From the NCBI GenBank assembly GCA_041674405.1, contig JBAYVT010000002.1, positions 120,001 through 152,000 on the forward strand: DNA of 32,000 nt, read 5' to 3'. The notes below the pieces were generated by a model. The model searched no databases, was not told where the DNA came from, and worked only from the letters and a program-made list of their open reading frames with translations. The stretch comes from Patescibacteria group bacterium (GTDB lineage Bacteria; Patescibacteriota; UBA1384; XYA2-FULL-43-10). Positions 14,755 to 25,400 of this stretch are shown here, piece by piece. The translations under genes and the position numbers were made by a program. Each line of letters starts with the position of its first letter. The stretch's first letter is position 1.

Positions 14755-14878
14755 ATGCTCCTTATGTAAAAACTTAAATGTAATAACTAATTGAATTACT
14801 CCATTGGTTCTTAGATTTAAGTTATTAGTTTTTAGTTAATTGTCCTATGGTTTTTCGTTTTTCGATATTAGTTTTTAG

Positions 14879-16141
14879 CTATCCAATTGGGCTTATCTTT
14901 CTTAATTTCTCAATTATTCCCGGCAATACTTCCATAAGGCGATCTATTTCTTCTTCGGTGGTGTATCTCCCAATTGTGAATCGAATTGAGCTATGTGCTC
15001 TTTCTTCGGGGTATCCAAGCGCCATTATCACATGTGAGGGTTCAAGGGAACCCGATGTACAAGCCGAACCTGTAGAGGCCGCGATCCCTAGCATATCCAA
15101 ATTGAGCAGAATCGACTCGCCTTCGATGCCGGCAAATGAAATATTTACATTATTCGGGCTTCTGCAAATATCCGTGCCATTCAATTTGGCATTTGCAATA
15201 TTATCGACAATACCCCTGATTAATTTTTCTCTCAATTTCAATGATTTTTCCGTTGCATTAGTCATTTTAAGAGATGGAAAATCCTCTGACACAATCGCCC
15301 CATCGGTGTCAGCGGCATCGCGGATTACTAGTTCGGCCGCCTTGGCAAAACCGACTATGCCCGCGACATTCTCCGTGCCCGCTCGCTTCTTGTATTCTTG
15401 TCCACCACCGGTGATTTCCGGCTTAAGCGGGGTGCCTTTTTTGGCGAATAAAAGGCCGACTCCCTTCGGCCCATAAATTTTATGAGCCGTCATTGTAAGA
15501 AGATCGACATGCAAATATTTAGTTCCCATTTCGAAATACTCTGCTGCTTGCACTGCATCGGTATGGAAATAAATTTTTTGGGCATTGGGGTTTTTTTCAA
15601 GCCGACCCAGGTTTTCCTTCTCAATCATCTTGCCAATTTCGCGGATCGGCTGTGCTGTGCCAATTTCATTATTTACATACATTACAGAAACCAGGGCAGT
15701 GTTTTTACGGATTGCTTTTACTACTTGCTGGCTATTGATTACGCCATCTTGCTCCGGGCTTATGTAGGTAGCTTCGATTTTCCCCTGTTTCTCTAGATCT
15801 TTTACGGTATCCAAAACTGCATGATGTTCAAATGTTGAAGTTACAACATGAGGTTTTTTATTCATGCCTTTATAGTCTGGCAACATCGATTCGATCACGC
15901 CGCGGATAGCCAGATTATCCGATTCCGACCCGCCAGATGTAAATAGAATTTCGCTTGGAGCGCAATCAAGAAAAAATGCCAAAAATTCTCTGGCTTTGTC
16001 GACTGCCGCTCTCGCCTCCTGCCCAAACCCGTGAACCGACGAAGGATTGCCGAAACTCACGCCAAAATATGGCGTCATTGCTTCAATAACTTCCGGCGCA
16101 ACTGGCGTGGTCGCAGCATTATCTAGATATATTCTCTTCAC
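14879..16141 (-). CDS. nifS: Cysteine desulfurase (NifS/IscS family)
   Basis: N-terminal IYLDNAATTP, PLP-lysine context TMTAHKIYGPKG, and active-site loop STGSACTSG. GTG start. Confidence 0.92.
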   Translation of the reverse strand: MKRIYLDNAATTPVAPEVIEAMTPYFGVSFGNPSSVHGFGQEARAAVDKAREFLAFFLDCAPSEILFTSGGSESDNLAIRGVIESMLPDYKGMNKKPHVVTSTFEHHAVLDTVKDLEKQGKIEATYISPEQDGVINSQQVVKAIRKNTALVSVMYVNNEIGTAQPIREIGKMIEKENLGRLEKNPNAQKIYFHTDAVQAAEYFEMGTKYLHVDLLTMTAHKIYGPKGVGLLFAKKGTPLKPEITGGGQEYKKRAGTENVAGIVGFAKAAELVIRDAADTDGAIVSEDFPSLKMTNATEKSLKLREKLIRGIVDNIANAKLNGTDICRSPNNVNISFAGIEGESILLNLDMLGIAASTGSACTSGSLEPSHVIMALGYPEERAHSSIRFTIGRYTTEEEIDRLMEVLPGIIEKLRKISPIG

Positions 16142-16362
16142 TTATCTTCCTTTGATTTCTCAACGATCGATACTACTTTTCTTAAATCAGAAACGCACTT
16201 CTTGCAATTTTCCTGTTTGGACAAATTATCAAAATCAGATTTAGATATTAAATAAGCCACCGGCTTGGAATACCTGACAACCTCAAACACATCTCCGTCC
16301 TCAACTTCTTTAAGAACCTTAGAAATGTTATTTTGCAATTCGTTTACGTTGATATTTTTCAT
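16138..16362 (-). CDS. Phd/YefM-family antitoxin-like protein (no adjacent toxin)
   Basis: The N-terminus MKNINVNELQNNISKVLKEVEDGDVFEVVRYSKPVAYLISKSDFDNL matches the Phd/YefM pattern. The C-terminal tail carries CKKC. Its stop overlaps the nifS GTG (GTGA). Confidence 0.55.
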   Translation of the reverse strand: MKNINVNELQNNISKVLKEVEDGDVFEVVRYSKPVAYLISKSDFDNLSKQENCKKCVSDLRKVVSIVEKSKEDK

Positions 16363-16379
16363 TGGCTTTCGGCACTAAA

Positions 16380-16410
16380 ATTATACTCATCTAAGGTAAC
16401 ATCTTAGGTA
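16380..16410 (-). promoter_or_regulatory. Promoter -10 plus operator-like repeat upstream of the Phd-like gene
   Basis: On the minus strand TATAAT is at 16385-16380. Directly upstream are ATCTAAGGTA (16389-16398) and ATCTTAGGTA (16401-16410), which match 9/10, start 12 nt apart, and contain the inverted pair CTAAG/CTTAG. Confidence 0.35.
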
Positions 16411-16451
16411 GATTTAGTCAATAGATACAAATATAAATAATATTTAGAATC

Positions 16452-19400
16452 TTAAGATTTAGAATTTCTCTTTTCCATCTCAATCTTTTTATTTACGGCA
16501 GAAATTTCTTCATCCGTATCAAACCTTACCGGTTTTGGCAGAGTGTAACCTTCCTTGGTAGCTAAAATTGTGTACCTACCCCGTTTCAAAATCGCCGAAA
16601 ACTTACCTTTGTCATCAGTTACCGCAGTCTTTACAAGCCTTGTGTTATCTCCGGTCATTATCCTAACCAACGTTAGGCCGATAGGCTCGCCCTTATGTCG
16701 GTCTACCACCATGCTCCATGGCGACTTTCTTATGACCAGTGAGAAATTGATAACCCAAAGCAGAATATAGCCGGCAAGGATCAGATAATTTAACAAATTT
16801 GGGTCATGAATTAAATTGTTCAAGACCAATATGGTACCGGCCGTAAGTACAACAATCGAAGCATAATTGAAGAATCTTTCCATTTTTCTAAGCCAACCCA
16901 AGATTGCATGAATACCAGAAAGGCTTTTGCCATTTATACTCATTATGATCGTCGGCACCAAAAATCCTTTGGTATAGCTATCAATCTCATATATTTTCCC
17001 TGTGTCAAAATCATAATATTGATCCGGTTTTGGTGCGAGCTGGTACTTGTCTTTCTTCGCGATGATTTTGTATTTGCCCGGAGGTTCGGCGAATCCGTAC
17101 ACGCCTGATTTATCGGTGGTTGTTGTCTCAATAACCCTTTCTGTGCCATCTTCGCCTACTTTAATCAAGCTAACCATCGCTCCAGAAAGCGGCAAACCGG
17201 TTCCATCCTCGAGCACTTGGCCCCATTTTTTGCGTTTCTTTTTAACCGTACCGAAAGATAGAATGGAATAAACAATTATATGAATGACTTCCTTGAGTGA
17301 GAATAAAGTTATTAAGTTTGTTGCGGGTGCCAATCCGGCGACAACTACTGCCATGCCCAGAGCTGCTGCGGCAGTCACTGGCGGAGCAGCCTCTTTTGAG
17401 ATACCAACAGCTGCATAAACTTTTTCTATTCCCCCTGCAACAATATCGATTGAAACCGCCACATCTTCGACGCCGCCGACAATGCCACCAATAATAACTT
17501 CACCGATTGTTTCTTTTCGTACATTTACTGACGCAGCAGCCTTCACATCACCGAATGAAGCTTGAACGGTGTTTTCAAATGAGCCAACTTCCTTACCTGC
17601 GGTGAATAATCCGGTTTGGTCAATCTCCCCGCCACCATTCATAACCGACCACACGATAATTGCTGTTGGAATTTCTGAATCATCTGAGGCAAAAGCTTTT
17701 GCACTAAACTGCACGGAGTCTTCAACTTTTATTTTCGCACTTGTCGGTGAAATGATAATGTATGATGCAGTTTTTTCCGGATTTCCCAGAGTTGTCACCT
17801 CAGACGCAGTAGAAAAATCAGTTTCAACGTTGCTATTATTTCTTGCCTTAAGCCTATAAGCATAATTCGTAGAAGCTGCAAGGCCTGTGTTTATAAATCC
17901 GTCGCTTCCACCCCAGTCGGCATACAATTGCCAATCGGGACTATCGGAAAATGCCCCATCGGAATGCCTGACATACTTACCTGCGGTGTCATTGTAAATC
18001 GCATATCGTGTGTTAGCTGGGTTGCCGTTTTGGTTAATCGCAATTTTTACTGATGACTCGGAAACTACTGAAAGAATTGGGGCATCTGGTGTGTTCGCAA
18101 GAGTATAAGATGTAGCAAAATTTGACTTTTCCGTTCCTTTCCTATTGGTCACGGTAACTTGGCGAGTATATGCCGTATTCGGAGCAAGAGATTGTTCTAG
18201 CCAGGACGAGGCAGAAGCTGCAAGTGTTCCCGAGAGCGGATTGCCAGCGGCATCTAACACTGCCCAACTGGTGTGATCATCGTCGGTATTTGACCAAACC
18301 CAATTAATCTGGCTGGTAACAATGTCTGTTCCCCTGAAATCTGTAGAGGGTGTAGGCCCAAGGCAATTCGCCGTTGTGAAATTTATGATTGCAGAATAAT
18401 TCCCCGCGCCATTCTGGTTTGACGTTGCGGACACCTTGGCGTAATACTTTGTTTTTCTTGCAAGGCCCGATAAAGAAGTGGCTGTTGTGCTGATATCCGA
18501 AATTGTGCCTTTATTTGAAGCTCCGGAATCCGTTCCGTACGAAAGAGTATATTTATCCGCGCCCTCTGGCGCAATCCATGTCAGGTTCGCCGAAGTTCTG
18601 CAAACGGCATTTGCTTCTAGGCTCGCTGGAGCAGCTGGCGGAGTGACTTTTGCCGAAGATGGAGAATAAGTTGTGTCGGTATTGTCCCCATTTCTTGCTT
18701 TGGCCTTGATCCAATACTGGGTATTTGGATCAAGATTAGCCAATGTATATGATGTACTTGTCTGCCAGGACATGCCGGCGGGATCGGTAAAATCCGTGCC
18801 ATTTATTGAATATTGGATCCAATAGTTTGTTCCTGATGGATTCAAACTTGGGCTAATTGTTCCTGTTACGAAATATGCCCCCGCCACCGTTGAAACCGTC
18901 GGCATATTGGCAAGCGTGTACTTTGGAGATGAATAGGCGCTTGTTGAGTTGCCGGCGTCATTAAACGCAACAACTTTAGCACAATATTGTGTATTTATAT
19001 CCTTACCATCAACGTCTTGCGAGGTTTCCCCGGCACCAGTCGTATAGTCGGGAGAATCTGGATAAGAAGCCTGTGAACAATCAGAATTCGGAGTGGTAGA
19101 AATATAAACCTTGAATCCGGTTTCATCAGATGAGTTGTCGTCCCAAGTCACTTGGAAAGAATCGTTTTGGATGGTGCCTATTGCTGCATTAGTTGGCGCA
19201 CTCGGCGCTGTAACACAAGAGCCGGTGGGAGAAATATTCCAATCGGTATTACTTCCCCCATCCGTAGAATAAGTAGCACAGAAAGAGGCACCCGAATTGG
19301 TAGAATTTGAGATGGTGGCGTACGAAATAGTTGCGGTGGCCGGGTTAATATTCCAGCCACCAGAACCACCAGACCTCTTAAGAACTACATGGCTTCCCGA

Positions 19401-22400
19401 AGTTCCGGTTACCGTCCATGTGCCAGATATCGTTTGGGTCGAGCCCGCAGAAAAGGATAAGGTTTTGCCTGCAGTAGCGGCAGTGAGGTTATTAAAAGTC
19501 GTATCTCCCTCTATCAAGGAGTCACCAGTTAGCGTAACTGTACCGCTCCCAGGAGTGAAGATACCGCCTGCATGGTTCCAACCGCCAGATACACTCATGG
19601 TGGATGGAGCACTGAAGCTAGCATTACCGTTTAAGATGAAATTACCAATGTTCATCGAAGGGTTATTTGTGATTCCATCAACATCGGTCTGGTTGGTTCC
19701 ATCACCAATTGTAAGATTGTTAGTAACACCAAAGCTACCGGAAGATAGAGTCAAAGTTTTGTTTCCAACAAAGCTCTGCCAGATAAAACCGGTCATATCG
19801 CCAAAAGAGTGATAAGGACCTGAACCAACATTATAGGTACCAATGACGGCACCAGTCGAGCCGTTAAGCTTTGTTATGGTGTTGCCGCCAATGCTCGTTA
19901 CCCATACATTGCCGTCGCCATCAATTCCCGGATGGTCGCCATTGCCGATCGAATAAGTTCCGATTACTGCACCAGTCGAGCCGTTAACTTTGTAGACCGT
20001 TCCGCTATTAACAACCCAGACATTGCCGCTGCCATCAACTGCCAGATTAGCACCAGGAACCGAGTAGATATCAATGACAGCGCCGGTCGAACCGTTAAGC
20101 TTGGTAATGCCAATATCGCCGTCGCTAGCCGTCCAGACATTCCCATCACCGTCGACTGCTATGCTAAAAGGAGCGCCGTTAACCGAATAAGTGCCGATCA
20201 GTGCACCAGTTGAGCTGTCAAGTTTAGTAACGTTACCACTTCCGTGATTGCAAATCCAAACATTGCCACTACGATCAGCCGCCACTCCCGAAGGACTAGT
20301 ACCCGTTGAATATGTGCCCATGACTGCACCAGTCGAGCCATTAACCTTATTAATATGGCTGCTATCGTAGGGGACCCAGACATTGCCAGCATTATCAACG
20401 CCCGGGTTACCACCACCGACCGCATAAGTGCCGATCAGTGCGCCGGTCGAACCATTGAGTTTAGTAACGTTGCCGCTGTAAGGATTGCCGACCCAGACAT
20501 TGCCACTGCCATCAACTGCCACACCATAAGGACCAGTACCCACCGCGTAAGTTCCAATGACGGCACCAGTTGAACTGTTAAGTTTGGTTATATTGTTGCT
20601 ACCGCTATTAGTCACCCAAACATACGGTGTTACCGCTGGATCCAGCAATTCTAGGTTATAATAATTTGCCGCCGTAATGTTTGTGTTAGAAGAAGCACGA
20701 TATATAAAGGTAGAAGTCGAAGCAGTAAATGTACCCGTTTTAACAAACGGCGTGCCCGAACCGGTCAAAGTTATTGTCCGATTTGAAGCATCGAAGGTAC
20801 CAGCATTGATCGTCAGTATGTTTGTAGTTGTGATATCCCCGGCTGCAGTGAAAGTCGTTCCCGCATGATCAAGGTAAAGATTGTAGTAAGTGGTCGCCGT
20901 AATATTAGTTGCCAATGCTCCGGTATACTTGAGGGTTGATGTGCCCTCTTGGAAAGTTCCGGTTACTACCAATGGCGTTCCTGGCGCGGCCAAAGTAATC
21001 GTTCTGGAGGATGCAGCAAATGTGCCGGCATTGATGGTAAGGACTCCATTGATTGTGATATTTCCGGCAGCAGTAAAGGTTGTGCCGGTATGGTCTGCAG
21101 CGTAGAGGTTGCAATAGGTAATAGCATTAATGTTTGTTGCGCTTGTTCCTTGGAATTTGACTGTCGATGTACTTTCGGTAAATGTGCCGCTGATGGATAG
21201 TGGATCACCTGATTCTGTCAAAACTAAGGTAGTATTATCCAGATTGACAACAGCAGTTGCCGGGATTTTAAGATTTGGGATAGTGGAGGTGGGAGCAGAT
21301 GATGAATTAGGTCTCCAGGTATCAGTGCCTATGACATAGAGTATCTGGGAGGTTAGAGTTGCTTGATTGTAGGGCATAGCTAGGTCATTGGTTGCATTAC
21401 CAATATCAAAGAGGATATCAGCATCAGACGAAACTGAACCATCGTATTGTGATAAATCGGTATTGGATAGTGTTTGGGCAGTACCATTACCGACGACCAA
21501 ATGCTGCTCAAAGAGAGTAACTCCAGTAATATCTCCCGATGTGTACTTGGTAACAGCATTGGCTCGATGGGATTCAGTCGCGCCATCGATGAATACCGTA
21601 ATTACATCACCGGCAGAGGGTTCGGTAACGCCAGAAATCGTCCAGGAACCAGAAGCAGTGGTGCCTGTAGCTGCATCCAAGGTGCCATTGATCGCTACCT
21701 TGACCGTCTCACCATCAGCACAAGCGGTTGATTCATCATACTGCTTACAAGTGCCGGAGATAGAGAAGGATGAACAGCCACTTGTTACAGTTGGAGCAGG
21801 AAGGGTACCATTGAACGAGGTCCAAGTCCCAGTCGTTGGCAAGACAGTGGGAGCACCGGCACTACCCCAGTCCACATAAGCCGACTGATCAGCAGGCGCA
21901 AGAAGTTTGCTGGTGTCCGACAACAGGTACCAACTACTGTCCCATGGATCTACTGCCAAAACCCTATTACTTGTATTGGTGTAATAAGGATTACTCCTAG
22001 CATCTACACTCGCATAAGTATACGACCCATTATAGCTTGAATCGCCCGCTCCAGAAAAAGTATACGACGAACATGCGGAGCATGATCCGGTTAAACTAAT
22101 ATTCCAGCCGGTATTTCCCCCGCCGTCAACTGAGTAAGTCGCACAGAAACTACCTGTATTACTAGACTTAGAAACATTGGCGTAGGATATTGCAACATTA
22201 TTACTTGCAGATAAATTCCAGTTGGCACCGCCCGATGGAGCTAAAGTAATTAAGTTACCGGAAGTCCCAGCAATATTAATTGCATAATTGAAATTATAGT
22301 TTGAACCCGAGTTGAAAGTTAGGGTTGAGGGCGCAGTTGTGTTGGTAAATGTACGCGTGACCGACGTTGCCCCAGTGAAGGTGAAATTTGTATTAGCATG

Positions 22401-25400
22401 CTCAGCCGTAAGGTTGTAATAAGTTACTGGTGTAATATTTGTTGCGGAAGAACCTGTATATTTTATCGTTGAAGTCGAGTAAGTAAATGTACCTGTGGCT
22501 ACGAAAGGTGTACCTGATCCAGACAAAGTGATGGTTTTATTTGATGCATTAAATGTGCCGGCATTTATTGTCAAAACATTGTTTGCGGTGATGTCGCCCG
22601 CCGCAGTGTAGGTTTGGCCAGCTTTATCGATGTAAAGATTGTAATAGGTCGCAGAAGTTACATTAACCGGACCTGTACCTGTGTATTTTACAGTTGAAGT
22701 AGAAGCGGTGAATGTTCCGGTTTTAACAAACGGCATGCTAGTTCCAGATAAAGTAATTGTCTTATTTGATGCATCAAAGGTTCCGGCATTGATGGTAAAA
22801 ACACCAGTTCCGTTTGAACCAGTTGAGATATCACCGGCTGCTGTAAAAGTTGTTCCTGCGTGATCTAAATAAAGATTATTATAGGTAGTTGATGCAATAT
22901 TAGTCGCAGAAGCGCCTGTGTATTTGACTGTGCCAGTCATACACTGAAATGTACCGTTGATCACAAACGGCGTACCAGAACCGGAAAGGGTGATGGTACC
23001 TGTCGGCGAATCATTAAATGTACCAGCATTAACGGTGAAAACATTTGTTGATGTAATATCCCCTGCTGCGCTAAAGATGGTCCCTGCACGATCTAAATAA
23101 AGATTGTAATAGGTAGTCGCTGTAATATTCGTTGCCAACGAGCCAGTATATTTAACTGTGGATGTAGAAGGTGTAAAAACGACATTATTTACAAAAGGAG
23201 TACCTGATCCAGACAAGGTAATAGTTTTATTGGACGCATCGAAAATCGAGTCATTGGTCAAAACATTAGTGACATTTATATCGCCCATGGCTGTAGATAC
23301 TGCTGTGGTTACTAAGTGGAGGTTGTAATAGGTGGTAGAGGCAATGTTTGTTGCCGCTGCGCCGTAATATTCTACGGTTGAAGTTGATGCCGTAAAAGTA
23401 CCAGTAACAACAAATGGCGTTCCCGTTGACATGAATGTAATAGTCTTATTAGAGGCATCAAAGGTGCCAGCATTGATGGTAAAAATATTTTCCACCTTGA
23501 TATTTCCAGCCGCAGTAAATGTAGTACCTGCATGGTCCAGATACAGATTATAATAACCAGGAACCATTCCCGAACCCATTGCAGTTACGTTTGTCGCCGA
23601 AGCACCGGTATATTTGATCGTTGAAGTTGAAGATTGAAACGTTCCGTTATTAACAAATGGCGTGCCCGAACCAGATAATGTGATTGTTTTATTGGATGCA
23701 TTAAATTCACCAGTGGTAATGCTTAAGACACCAGATACATCAATATCGTTATTTGCTGTCCAAATCCCCGAGCCATCATTGAAGGTCAAATTATTAAAGG
23801 CCGATCCTCCCGTCATATTTCCGGAAAGAGTTTTATCAGCTCCACCCGTCTGAAAAGTAACGGTTCCGGAATTGTTGTCAAATGTTCCGCTTGAATGATT
23901 CCAATTTCCATTAACAATAAAATTATTAGATGATGCGGGCGCACTTAATGACCCGCCCGAAATTGTGACATTACCAGCACTAATATCATGTGCCCCAGCG
24001 GTTAAGGTACCGGATGAAACAAGGAGATTGTTTGTAACATCAATATTGCTGGAAAGAGACCAGGCTGAAGATGGGATCGAATAATAAATCGTGCCTCTTA
24101 CATAATTTATAATTGCATTTGAAACAGATGGAGTTATTTTCTTAATTGTCATCGCAACGCCAAAGCTTGAATCGTTAACATCATTTGGCGTCCAAGTTAA
24201 TCCCCACAGATTTCCATCCCCACCAAACGGAACATAATCCTCTGTCCCCGACCATAATGCATCCGCAGATTGATTGGTGCCCCCAATGGTACCAGACTTA
24301 ATGATTTCAATAATATCATCGGAAACAGGAGGCGAACTACCCATCCTTTTTGCTTCCATTTTAATACCTGTAACCGTTGCATTGGTTGGAATATTAAAAC
24401 CAAAATTTGTCGCTTTTAGATAATTAGAGCGTTTTCCTTGGGGAATACCAACAATTCTCGCATAATTTCCATCATCAGCAGTGATATCTTCGGGAGTTGA
24501 CCAAGGACCATCTCCATAGCTTGCATCATTGGTTCCTGTTCCACATCCCAATGTGGAACTAGTACTTCCCCCGCCGTTCTCACCTGCGATTGTAAGATTA
24601 TAAAATTTCTGCCCAGAACCCAATATGATTGAGAAGTCTCCGCTTGTCCCATTAAAATTTATTGTAGAATTTCCTTCATTGAAAGTAACATTTGAAGAAT
24701 CCCAATCACCTGCAATATTAATTATGTGGCTTCCAGGGCTAAAGCTACCTGACGTCATAGTAAAACCATCCGCAATCGTAATATCTCCAGCTGCAATAAA
24801 GTCTGTATTCGCATGGTTGATGACTAAATTATTATACGTCACGGAAGCCAAATTTGTATCTGATGATCCTTCGTAGGAAATTGTTGAAGTTGACGGAGTA
24901 AAGGTACCGGTCACAACAAACGGGGTTCCACTCCCTGATAAAGTAATGGTTTTATTGGAAGCATCAAATGTGCCTGCATTGATAGTAAGGACTCCAGAAA
25001 CGGTAATGTTCCCTGCTGCAGCAAAGGTAGTACCAGTCTTGTCTGCCGCGTAGAGATTGTAATAAGAAAGAGCATTAACATTCGTAGCGCCTGATCCCTG
25101 GAATTTAATGGTGGAAGTGCCAATTGTGAAGGTGCCGGTGATAGAAAGTGGTGTGCCGGAGGCGGTTAATGCTAGTGTTGTGCCGGTAAGGTTGACGATG
25201 GCTGATGTCGGAATTACAAGGTTAGAAATGGTGGATGTTGGAGCATCAGTAGCAGCCGGTTGCCAAGTGTTGGAAGCCAAAACATAAAGCTTCTGGTCGG
25301 TATCTGTTTGGGTGCCTGACTCGGGCAGTGTTAAGTCTTTGGTTGTGGCATTAACTTCAAAGAAGATATCTTCATCAGACGAGACAGAGTTATCGTATTT

